From positions 1 through 28,285 of IMG/VR virus record IMGVR_UViG_3300011334_000020: a DNA stretch of 28,285 nt; one strand, written 5' to 3'. This document shows, piece after piece, positions 1-7,296 of this stretch. The translations under genes and the position numbers were made by a program. How positions within the stretch are numbered: position 1 is the first letter of the stretch; each line of letters begins with the position of its first letter. The DNA is from a virus (Duplodnaviria; Caudoviricetes). Under the pieces are notes generated by a model. It was given only the letters and a program-made list of their open reading frames with translations. It made no database searches and was not told where the DNA came from.

Positions 1-132
1 ACCGAGCTGCTCTGGATCGAGTAACTCAGAGAGCAACTCGTCTCTTAACTTGAGTTTTGTTCTGGTGTCCTCCAGCTCCTTGGTGAGCCAGACAATGTGC
101 TCGCGCATTGCGTTGCGTTCTTCGTCGATCAT
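1..132 (-). CDS. hypothetical protein, partial (runs off left edge)
   Basis: Read manually as MIDEERNAMREHIVWLTKELEDTRTKLKLRDELLSELLDPEQLG...; ATG at 130-132 overlaps the stop of 129..329 (ATGA coupling). Confidence 0.75.
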   Translation of the reverse strand, partial: MIDEERNAMREHIVWLTKELEDTRTKLKLRDELLSELLDPEQLG

Positions 133-329
133 TGCTTTGCTCTCAGTTCTCTTATTGCATTTGCTGCAAACTTAAAGTAGTTGTGATCTCCAGCCCTTGC
201 TTCATGCAACTCGTCGCAGATAGCAGCACAGGCTTCTCTTTCCTTCATCACAGCATCATTAACGAGCTTCATCACCCAAGGTGACACAGCCCTGTGCCCT
301 GCAAGTTCTTTTATCTCTTGATGGGTCAT
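129..329 (-). CDS. small hypothetical phage protein (EREACA...AIR module)
   Basis: 66 aa ORF coupled by ATGA overlaps on both sides; KEREACAAICDEL...AANAIR is a recurrent small-phage-protein motif. Confidence 0.75.
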   Translation of the reverse strand: MTHQEIKELAGHRAVSPWVMKLVNDAVMKEREACAAICDELHEARAGDHNYFKFAANAIRELRAKQ

Positions 330-517
330 TTGTTTTCTCTTTGCTTCATCATTTGATCTGCCAAAGAATACGCATCAATAGCAATGCACTCATCTGGACA
401 AGCAATGTAGTCAGAGCGACTAGCAAATGCTTGCATAGCCTTGGCTGCAAAGTAATCTCGTAAAGTCATTCCTTCGGAATAATCTTTTAATGGAAATGCT
501 GATAGTTCGTCATTCAT
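326..517 (-). CDS. conserved small phage protein (GMTLRDYFAAKAMQ family)
   Basis: AFP...GMTLRDYFAAKAMQA...AYSLADQMM signature, widespread in proteobacterial phages; ATGA overlaps. Confidence 0.85.
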   Translation of the reverse strand: MNDELSAFPLKDYSEGMTLRDYFAAKAMQAFASRSDYIACPDECIAIDAYSLADQMMKQRENK

Positions 518-984
518 ACCTTATTCACCCCGTAGTAAGCCATCATGGTTGCGTCTGCCCGACCTGAGTCCTTCACGCGACTAAACAAGTGCTGGTGCTC
601 TGGGTGCAGTTCCATGCAACGGTGTCTGATTGCGTCTTTTCCTTTTGCGCATCCAGTAGCCTTTTGCCAGACTGCTGGGTTGATATAGGTGACGGGGACA
701 GCAAACGACGCAAGTGCGCCTTCAATGATTCCAGCAGCTCTACCAAAGGCATACATCGAGGTTGTGCCTTGGTTTGGCATTGCGCCTGTGCGCTCGACAA
801 ATGCGTGCGTAGGGGCGAAGACCTTGATAATGCTTGCGACTCCCTGTGCAGAGACCTGTCGCTTGTTCTTGCCACCTCTGGTGACTTCCACAACAGGCAT
901 ATCGACAACGCGATCAAACTTGCCGTCAATAAATAAAGAAAACGCGCCATTTGCACCTGCGTCCACCCCCATAGTTCTAATCAT
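514..984 (-). CDS. ruvC: RuvC-like Holliday junction resolvase
   Basis: N-terminal MGVDAGANGA (catalytic D), HAFVE (E), FGRAAG, V..PAVWQK, and C-terminal GRADA; RNase H-fold RuvC pattern. Confidence 0.85.
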   Translation of the reverse strand: MIRTMGVDAGANGAFSLFIDGKFDRVVDMPVVEVTRGGKNKRQVSAQGVASIIKVFAPTHAFVERTGAMPNQGTTSMYAFGRAAGIIEGALASFAVPVTYINPAVWQKATGCAKGKDAIRHRCMELHPEHQHLFSRVKDSGRADATMMAYYGVNKV

Positions 985-1193
985 TCCTGACCCACTTTCA
1001 AGTCTTCGATGCGTTTCTCAATGAGCCGATCGGTTGCAGTTCTGAGCTTCTCAATGGAGGAGACCAAGGGCACAGTATGCCCAGCTACCCATCGAGACAT
1101 CTGAGCCTGATCAATGCTAGCCTCACGGCATATATCTGCCATCTTGAACCCTGCTTTCTCAGCGCGTTCGATAATTTCGGTTATGTAGTTCAT
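981..1193 (-). CDS. XRE/Cro-like helix-turn-helix regulator
   Basis: 70 aa; MADICREASIDQAQMSRWVAGHTVP fits an HTH_XRE pattern; first gene of the leftward operon. Confidence 0.8.
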   Translation of the reverse strand: MNYITEIIERAEKAGFKMADICREASIDQAQMSRWVAGHTVPLVSSIEKLRTATDRLIEKRIEDLKVGQE

Positions 1194-1200
1194 GGCTAGA

Positions 1201-1230
1201 ATGTTAACTCATAATTGACGAGTTGAACAA
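1201..1230 (-). promoter_or_regulatory. putative sigma70 promoter for the HTH gene with a palindromic operator
   Basis: Minus strand reads TTGTTC-18 nt-TAACAT-7 nt-ATG; the spacer is covered by the inverted repeat AACTC-N9-GAGTT (1206-1224). Confidence 0.55.
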
Positions 1231-1237
1231 GGCAGAC

Positions 1238-1274
1238 AAAAAAAGGGAGGCTAAGTCCTGTCACCTAGCCCCCC
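1238..1274 (-). terminator. intrinsic terminator
   Basis: Minus strand GGGGGGCTAGG-TGACAGGA-CTTAGCCTCCC-TTTTTTT: 11-bp stem (2 G-U pairs) followed by U7. Confidence 0.8.
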
Positions 1275-1341
1275 TATCAAGGCAACTGCACCTCTTGCGG
1301 AGACATAAGGCACAGCCGACAGGGAAACTACACCCTGTCAT
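1238..1341 (-). ncRNA. candidate ~100-nt small RNA or leader
   Basis: -10-like TAAAAT (1352-1347), a perfect 7-bp hairpin GACAGGG/CCCTGTC (1339-1318) at the predicted 5' end, and an intrinsic terminator at the 3' end; no good -35. Confidence 0.35.
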
Positions 1342-1396
1342 GGTCTATTTTATGGCGGTAATACCCGACAAAGTTGTAGGGTCTAATAAATAGTTC

Positions 1397-1424
1397 TTGA
1401 TGATGTAGTCAAACCTGATATGAT
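1397..1424 (+). promoter_or_regulatory. putative sigma70 early promoter (extended -10)
   Basis: TTGATG-16 nt-TATGAT with TG at 1416-1417; followed by an AAGAGG RBS and ATG 1457. Confidence 0.6.
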
Positions 1425-1456
1425 TCACTCATCAACAACGCAACTAAGAGGTAAAT

Positions 1457-1624
1457 ATGAATCAAGCAACTCGTGACATTATGGCTTTACTCAAAATTGA
1501 TGCAGATACAGCGATACAAGTTCAAAACAAAATGGGTGCATTAGGTTTTGATTTTTCTGGTTCTTCTAGAAAAGCATTTAATCGTGAAGCAAAAATCTGT
1601 TTTGAAATCATTAAAGGTTTTTAA
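1457..1624 (+). CDS. small early hypothetical protein (55 aa, not in ORF track)
   Basis: MNQATRDIMALLKIDADTAIQVQNKMGALGFDFSGSSRKAFNREAKICFEIIKGF; RBS AAGAGGT; fills the gap from the promoter to 1627. Confidence 0.8.
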   Translation: MNQATRDIMALLKIDADTAIQVQNKMGALGFDFSGSSRKAFNREAKICFEIIKGF

Positions 1625-1626
1625 AC

Positions 1627-1863
1627 ATGACCGAAACCCTGTACAAATTTAACTGCGAAGTGGAAGGTGTGGAACTCGACTGCCTCTTGGAGTACGAACC
1701 CGAAGAACTAAACCACGGGGAAGCGCCAGACTTCCCTGCTTGCATGAATCTGGTCAATGCCTTTTGTGGTGACATTGACATCGCTCATCTTCTTATGCAA
1801 AGCATCGTGGATCACATCTGCGAAGAAGCCCTCACAAAATTTAACTCTGAAAGCGACGAATGA
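1627..1863 (+). CDS. small highly acidic early protein
   Basis: 78 aa with 19 D/E versus 2 K and 0 R; AAAGG upstream; in tight operon. Confidence 0.8.
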   Translation: MTETLYKFNCEVEGVELDCLLEYEPEELNHGEAPDFPACMNLVNAFCGDIDIAHLLMQSIVDHICEEALTKFNSESDE

Positions 1864-2003
1864 AACACCAGAACTACACACAAAACCTAGAAGTAGATGG
1901 ACCTTACAAGGATGACAGCATCAAGTTAGTTGACTGCGCATTCATATTCTTGGCTGGCGTATCTGTCGGTCTGATTGCAGCAATTCTTACGATGGGGTAC
2001 TAA
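1860..2003 (+). CDS. small membrane protein (47 aa, not in ORF track)
   Basis: MKHQNYTQNLEVDGPYKDDSIKLVDCAFIFLAGVSVGLIAAILTMGY; ATGA overlap; C-terminal TM helix. Confidence 0.75.
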   Translation: MKHQNYTQNLEVDGPYKDDSIKLVDCAFIFLAGVSVGLIAAILTMGY

Positions 2004-2005
2004 TC

Positions 2006-2266
2006 ATGTCAGTTCAAAAGAAAATTGAAGAGATGGTGCTTGGTTACTTGAAGGCTGCCGAAGGCAAAGCCAGAATCATGTCGCCACAAGACATAGCCAA
2101 ACTAGTTAGCGAAGCAGCTCACAAAGGTGCAATGATGGGTTACGACGCTGGGATGCAGATGGCACGACGCGCTCACGGTAAGGAGCTGGAGATCGCAGAG
2201 CTGACAGTCAAAGAGTTGACCGAGCGCGTCAAAGAGTTAGAGATGCAAATGATTGTGCAGCAATGA
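2006..2266 (+). CDS. hypothetical protein with C-terminal coiled coil
   Basis: 86 aa ORF in tight operon; heptads in ELEIAELTVKELTERVKELEMQ. Confidence 0.75.
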   Translation: MSVQKKIEEMVLGYLKAAEGKARIMSPQDIAKLVSEAAHKGAMMGYDAGMQMARRAHGKELEIAELTVKELTERVKELEMQMIVQQ

Positions 2267-2739
2267 GAAAGAAGTCAAAGTACAAACCCAAAGGTGTCAG
2301 ACTTGATACCGTTACTTGGGTCATTAACGGTTTTAAGCCAGTCTCTGCGACTGGCAGCGCGGTACTCGATCTAAAGATAAAGAACCATAGTGCCTTGGAA
2401 GCGCTCAGGACGGGTCAGGCAAAGCGCTACGACATCGACTCCATCATCTCTGCCCTTAATGTCTCTGAAGCCCTCTCTCGCCTTGGCATTGGGCGCGAAT
2501 ACAAAGACGAGATAAAAGAAGGTCAGGACGCATTGCTGGAGTTATCGCGTCGCGGTATCAACCGTGAAGATAGATTCGTGGCTAAGGCTTCCGAGCTGAC
2601 AGCGATCAACTATGTCATGGAACTCCACGACGCCCAGCTAGAGATCACCACCATTGCGCAACTAGAGAAGGCACTCGACATGGTTGTACTTGAGATAAAG
2701 TCACGAAGGGCGAGAGCCATTGAGGAGAAGACGGTATGA
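2263..2739 (+). CDS. conserved hypothetical phage protein (MRKKSKYKPK family)
   Basis: 158 aa with basic N-terminus and helical body; ATGA overlaps on both sides. Confidence 0.8.
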   Translation: MRKKSKYKPKGVRLDTVTWVINGFKPVSATGSAVLDLKIKNHSALEALRTGQAKRYDIDSIISALNVSEALSRLGIGREYKDEIKEGQDALLELSRRGINREDRFVAKASELTAINYVMELHDAQLEITTIAQLEKALDMVVLEIKSRRARAIEEKTV

Positions 2740-3032
2740 GACACGGAGTGCCAAAAGTGATTTATTTGCAAATCTGTGATGATCCTGATTGTGATGTCCC
2801 ATACGATGACCATGATGGAATAACTTGGTGCAGTCACAGAATAGATAAAACAGATGTGAAATATGTTCTTGCTAAAGATAAACCACAACGCACATGGGTT
2901 GACCTAAACACCAACCAAATATTAGACATCTACCAAGAAGTTTTAAAAGAGTGGCGTGGAGGTCATCAAGTCAACGGACAAATTGAATTTGCCAAAGCAA
3001 TACAAGACAAACTTAAAGAGGTCAACACATGA
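2736..3032 (+). CDS. hypothetical modular protein (WV.L...A.AI..KLKE.N C-terminal module)
   Basis: 98 aa, ATGA-coupled, visibly AT-richer than neighbours. Confidence 0.75.
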   Translation: MRHGVPKVIYLQICDDPDCDVPYDDHDGITWCSHRIDKTDVKYVLAKDKPQRTWVDLNTNQILDIYQEVLKEWRGGHQVNGQIEFAKAIQDKLKEVNT

Positions 3033-3226
3033 CACGACACATAGGAATATCAGTCCCGCACCGCAAGGTTGTGGACGACGACGACATCCAGACCTACAAA
3101 AAGCCGTGGGTATCCCTCACCGAAGAGGAGATACACAAGTGTATAGCCTACGGCAAAGGAGGTTGCGAGATTGAGCAGACAGCAAGGAATATTGAGTTAA
3201 AACTGAAAGGGCTTAACTATGATTGA
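3029..3226 (+). CDS. hypothetical modular protein (same C-terminal module)
   Basis: 65 aa; GAGG RBS; KPWVSLTEEEI...ARNIELKLKGLN. Confidence 0.75.
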   Translation: MTRHIGISVPHRKVVDDDDIQTYKKPWVSLTEEEIHKCIAYGKGGCEIEQTARNIELKLKGLNYD

Positions 3227-3323
3227 AAATATCCTGACCATCATCGTCTTGCTGGTGATGGGTGCTTTGATTGGACTGGCGGTTATCTTTGCAGTCCTGT
3301 ACTTTGGACTAGATGACAAATGA
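3219..3323 (+). CDS. single-TM microprotein (34 aa, not in ORF track)
   Basis: MIENILTIIVLLVMGALIGLAVIFAVLYFGLDDK; bridges 3226 and 3320 with an ATGA overlap downstream. Confidence 0.7.
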   Translation: MIENILTIIVLLVMGALIGLAVIFAVLYFGLDDK

Positions 3324-3691
3324 GGTCTACCAGAATGCCAAAACTGGTTGCCCTTATCTCTCAGAAGGGTTACACCAGCAGAGAGTTGGCAGACCTCCTT
3401 CATTGCACGCTAAGGTCTAGCAGGGATATGCTGCAAAAGCTCAAGGAAGAAGGTGCTGTCCACATCCAGTCGTGGCGTAGAGCACAGGCAAACGGCTGGA
3501 TAGCTGTCTGGAGGTACGGCATTGGAGTCGATGCAGACAAGCCTGAGCCTGTGAGCAATAGAGCCAGAATCAAGAAGTGCAGAGAGCGCGAGAGCATTGA
3601 CGAGAAAGAGTTTCGTCTTGCTCGTCAACGCCAGCTCAAGCGTAAGGTTAAGCGCGATCCGTTGACGGCTGCTTTTTATGGGGATGTTTAG
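3320..3691 (+). CDS. winged-helix DNA-binding protein
   Basis: YTSRELADLLHCTLRSSRDMLQKLKEEGAVHI (HTH plus wing strands) and a basic C-terminus. Confidence 0.7.
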   Translation: MRSTRMPKLVALISQKGYTSRELADLLHCTLRSSRDMLQKLKEEGAVHIQSWRRAQANGWIAVWRYGIGVDADKPEPVSNRARIKKCRERESIDEKEFRLARQRQLKRKVKRDPLTAAFYGDV

Positions 3692-5955
3692 TCCCTGCTA
3701 GGCAGCATATTGTTGAGTTCAATACGATACGGTTCGGGTTGCGCAGTCTGGGTATTAAGCAGACCAGTACCGCCCATATAACGCAACATCGGATCGACTG
3801 GTGCAGCCATGTAGTTAAACAATGGGTCTAGCGTGTTGCCGTAGATGTTTTGCATTGCTGGTGACAGATACGCCTTGGTAGCCAAAGGAGGCACGCCAAG
3901 CGAGAGCATTGGACCAAGTACGGGTTCACCTGTCAGAGCTGTACCGCCAACGACAGACGCGCCAAACTTGGCTGGCATCGAGGTAAGTAAACCAGTCATG
4001 GTCATACGCTCTGAACTGCCTGAAGTCGGCACTTTAGCCTTCAATGCAGACTGAGCTACTTCAGCCAAGTTAGTCAATGTTTGTGCGTTCTCAGCGCCAA
4101 GAATCTGTGGCAGCGTCGTGGGGGATGCCTTGACATCCTTAATAAGATTGCGTCCAAACTTGGTGATGTCCATCTCGCCAGTAGGAAACATAGACGACTG
4201 CTGAATATCAGCAAGAATTGCCTGAGACAGAGACTTCTTCTCAGCCTCAGTTAACAACGGTAAAACCTTGTTAGCTAACTGATCTTGGTTGCTTATGACA
4301 TAGTTCACAGCAGTCTTGTCACCAGCATTCTTTAGCCTATCTCTCAAGTCCAAAGCGTCACCGTAAGAGCCTCGTAAATCTTTTAGTTTTTTGATCTGGT
4401 CTTCCATGCCAGCAAGCTCAAAAGTCTTATCCCTTGCGTCGTCCAAGGAGTTACGCAAAGTCCTAAATGCCTCACCGACCTTAGTTCCCCTGTTTGCATA
4501 AGCCAAGTCGCTAAAGAGTTGGCGCTGATCTTGGTAGTCGTTACCAGCGATTGAACCCTTTTGCTGGTATCCAAGAAACTCAAACTCAGGGATGCCACTA
4601 TCGACTAACTGCTTTCTAAAATTGGCTTCCATAGCCCTGTAATTAGGGCTTGTGGGCTTGACTCCTGCTTGCTGTAAGGCAGAGTCCACCATCGCCTTCA
4701 ATTCCTCGTTTGGCTTGCCAAAGTAGAACTGCTCAAAGCTCTCAAATAATGGGTCTTTGCGTAATGCTGGAGGAATAGAAGACAATATTTTTCTAGCGTT
4801 AAGAATTGACTCTTGAAACTTTGGAACTTGAGACAAATCAATATCAGTCTGTGATGCAACCTCACGAATGCCACTACCAATCTTGTCAACATTGCGTTGT
4901 GCAGCACTCTTGACAGCACTAGCCCCAGACGAGAAAGCCGTGTCTGGTTGTGCTGGCATACCGCCAAAGATGTCTGCGACCTTGTTGATGATGCTCTGTG
5001 CATAGTCTGATTGCAAACCATAGCGTCTCGCAAACTGACCAGAGGAAAACGGCAGAGTCGATCCAGCAGCCTCAAATATCTGAGCCGTTCTACTTGTACC
5101 AGCCTGAGCTGGAGTCAATGCAGTCTCACCCGTAAAGCCTAACTGTCTTGCCTTCTCTGCAATACTGGCTGCGCGTGTTTCAGCGCTAGTTGGTGCTTGA
5201 CCGCCTCTTTGACCCATACCAGCACCACCAACGACAGTTGACGCACCCATCGATGCAAGCATTGCTGGAATAGTGCCTAGTGGTTGAGCTGCTTCAGCAG
5301 CCACCTGACCAGCAGCGCCAGCAGGTAGCGCAACGGCTGTCTGAGCCAAAGGTCTTTGCGCCATCTGTTGAGTTACTGCCCTAGTAACTGGTGAGACGGC
5401 AGTCTGTGCTAGTTTCTGTAATCCAGCCATTTGTGAGGCAGTACCACCCATAGCGCCTAAACTGGTCTCTAAGGCACGCTGACCAGTCGTCTCTGCCTTT
5501 GGTACTCCAGCTTGAGTTAAGAGGTTCTGGATAGCCTGTGATGGCGGTGTGATGCGTCCATACTGACCGCCAGTCACCTTCTCTGCACCAGCCGTAGCGG
5601 TATTGAGTAGGGCAGTTAAAGCGTCACCTGCTGGCAAAGCCAATGACCCCGCCAACATCCCGACTGGTCCGAATGGCGCTCCCATCAAAGCGGTAGCCAA
5701 AGGAGGAGTAAGACCGCGAATGGCTGCGCCTGTATAACTTCCACCTTCTGGAGTTGATTCAGACCTCAAACTGCGTTGTGGTTGCATTTGTGGAAAGACT
5801 CCAAATGCAGCGCCATTAGGACTTGTGGATTGACTTGCCTTAGAAAGCACCTCGGCAGCAGCACCATTACCGTAAACCTCATCGAACTTAGACGCAAGGT
5901 CTGGACGCTGAGTTAGTAGGTAAACATCTTTTGCGGTTGGTTTTAAGGTTGCCAT
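3688..5955 (-). CDS. internal virion / DNA ejection protein (largest)
   Basis: 755 aa with Ala/Gly-rich hydrophobic segments; last gene of the late operon, as for P22 gp16-type ejection proteins. Confidence 0.65.
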   Translation of the reverse strand: MATLKPTAKDVYLLTQRPDLASKFDEVYGNGAAAEVLSKASQSTSPNGAAFGVFPQMQPQRSLRSESTPEGGSYTGAAIRGLTPPLATALMGAPFGPVGMLAGSLALPAGDALTALLNTATAGAEKVTGGQYGRITPPSQAIQNLLTQAGVPKAETTGQRALETSLGAMGGTASQMAGLQKLAQTAVSPVTRAVTQQMAQRPLAQTAVALPAGAAGQVAAEAAQPLGTIPAMLASMGASTVVGGAGMGQRGGQAPTSAETRAASIAEKARQLGFTGETALTPAQAGTSRTAQIFEAAGSTLPFSSGQFARRYGLQSDYAQSIINKVADIFGGMPAQPDTAFSSGASAVKSAAQRNVDKIGSGIREVASQTDIDLSQVPKFQESILNARKILSSIPPALRKDPLFESFEQFYFGKPNEELKAMVDSALQQAGVKPTSPNYRAMEANFRKQLVDSGIPEFEFLGYQQKGSIAGNDYQDQRQLFSDLAYANRGTKVGEAFRTLRNSLDDARDKTFELAGMEDQIKKLKDLRGSYGDALDLRDRLKNAGDKTAVNYVISNQDQLANKVLPLLTEAEKKSLSQAILADIQQSSMFPTGEMDITKFGRNLIKDVKASPTTLPQILGAENAQTLTNLAEVAQSALKAKVPTSGSSERMTMTGLLTSMPAKFGASVVGGTALTGEPVLGPMLSLGVPPLATKAYLSPAMQNIYGNTLDPLFNYMAAPVDPMLRYMGGTGLLNTQTAQPEPYRIELNNMLPSRD

Positions 5956-5957
5956 GA

Positions 5958-7289
5958 TTACTGTCCGAATGGGTTAGACGGTGTGTACTTGAATCCTTTA
6001 AGACTCTTGTTATTGGCGTAGTAGTAGTTCTCTTGCTGTTGTGCGTAGTCGGCAGCTTTAACTGCCAACTTCTTAATGTCCTGCAACGCTTGAACCTTAG
6101 ACTCAGGCGTAATGCTTGGATTCGCCAAGTCACCAACAGCCTTGTCGTAGCGTTTTGCGTCAGCGTCAGAAGTTGGACCACTAAACTTAGGAGTCTTCAA
6201 CGCAAGTTGCTGAGACAGTTGACTTAATCTGTCATTGGCTTCCTTGGCTGCTGTGGATACTCCCAAAGCACCTAGCAAGCCCTTAGCACCAGCCTCAATC
6301 TTGCCTGTGTAAGCCTCAGAGATCAAAGGTGCAGCACGATCCGCAATGAATGCGCTGTCCTCTGCTGACTTGGCTTCTGTCAATGTCTTTTGCACAGTAT
6401 CAAACTCTTTCTTTTGCGCATAAGAGAAAGTCTCTGGCTTATTAGCCTCGGCAGCCTGTCTTAGTGAAAGTAATGCGTCAGCTTGTTGTTTAGCAAAAAT
6501 CCTTGCTTCTTCTCTACCAGCAGCAGTTTGCGCAAACTGTGACTCTTGTTGCGCTTTAGTTTGTTGGAATTGTTGTGCACTACGAACACTCTCGCCTAAT
6601 TGACGAATACGCTCGTCTGCCTTCTCTGGATCAAGCGTTCCAGCAGCGTAGCTTTTTTCGTACTGAGCAGCCACATTCTTGATGCTTGCAGGAATTGTTG
6701 GGTCTTGCGTAAAGATCGTAAAGGGATTATCTTGTACGCCAGTTGTCAAGAATCCTGCGCGACGCAAGTCTGGGACTAGCTTAGACACGGTAGCCAATGT
6801 CGCTAACGGGTCAGAAGACAGAGCCGTCAATGCTTGCAGTTTGCTTGGATCAATGGTTATTTGTCTCTGCGCTGGTGTGACCTGCGCATTGGGCATCAAG
6901 TTGCCCTCGTCATCACGCACAACCCTCGCTGGAATTCCAGCAATAGTCATCTGCTCTGGAGTAATCGTCTCTTTAAATATTTGCGGATACAGTTTGCGCA
7001 TCTGCGCTGCACGCTCTGTTTCTTGTAACTTTTGTCTAGTTAAAAGATTCTGTATAGCACCTTGCTGTGCTTGCTGATAACCCTGAGAACCAGCTTGCAA
7101 AGCACCGCCAAGGGCTTGACCTAAAGAGATAGGGGTACGGCTTGGACCGCCAGCAGATAGCAAGGCTGCTGCTGCTTGTAGCATTGCCTGATTGCTAATA
7201 GCCTGTTGCTGTCCAGCGCTCAAATAGTCTTCGAGTCCAGTACCGCCACCACCAAAGAGTAAACCGCTAAAGTCTTGTGTTGCCATCAT
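5958..7289 (-). CDS. internal virion / DNA ejection protein
   Basis: 443 aa; LQAAAALLSAGGPSRTPISLGQALGGALQAG N-terminal motif and Gln-rich coiled coil; synteny. Confidence 0.65.
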   Translation of the reverse strand: MMATQDFSGLLFGGGGTGLEDYLSAGQQQAISNQAMLQAAAALLSAGGPSRTPISLGQALGGALQAGSQGYQQAQQGAIQNLLTRQKLQETERAAQMRKLYPQIFKETITPEQMTIAGIPARVVRDDEGNLMPNAQVTPAQRQITIDPSKLQALTALSSDPLATLATVSKLVPDLRRAGFLTTGVQDNPFTIFTQDPTIPASIKNVAAQYEKSYAAGTLDPEKADERIRQLGESVRSAQQFQQTKAQQESQFAQTAAGREEARIFAKQQADALLSLRQAAEANKPETFSYAQKKEFDTVQKTLTEAKSAEDSAFIADRAAPLISEAYTGKIEAGAKGLLGALGVSTAAKEANDRLSQLSQQLALKTPKFSGPTSDADAKRYDKAVGDLANPSITPESKVQALQDIKKLAVKAADYAQQQENYYYANNKSLKGFKYTPSNPFGQ

Positions 7290-7296
7290 TTACCCC

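Noticed and set aside
281-1024. Plus-strand and alternate-frame ORFs over the RuvC operon (281..463, 573..956, 589..936, 689..1024)
   Set aside because: Shadows of a tightly ATGA-coupled minus-strand operon; no RBS or protein-like motifs.
1353-1363. TGGCGGTAATA resembling a lambda OR half-site (TGGCGGTGATA)
   Set aside because: Single half-site with no matching partner or repeats; likely chance.
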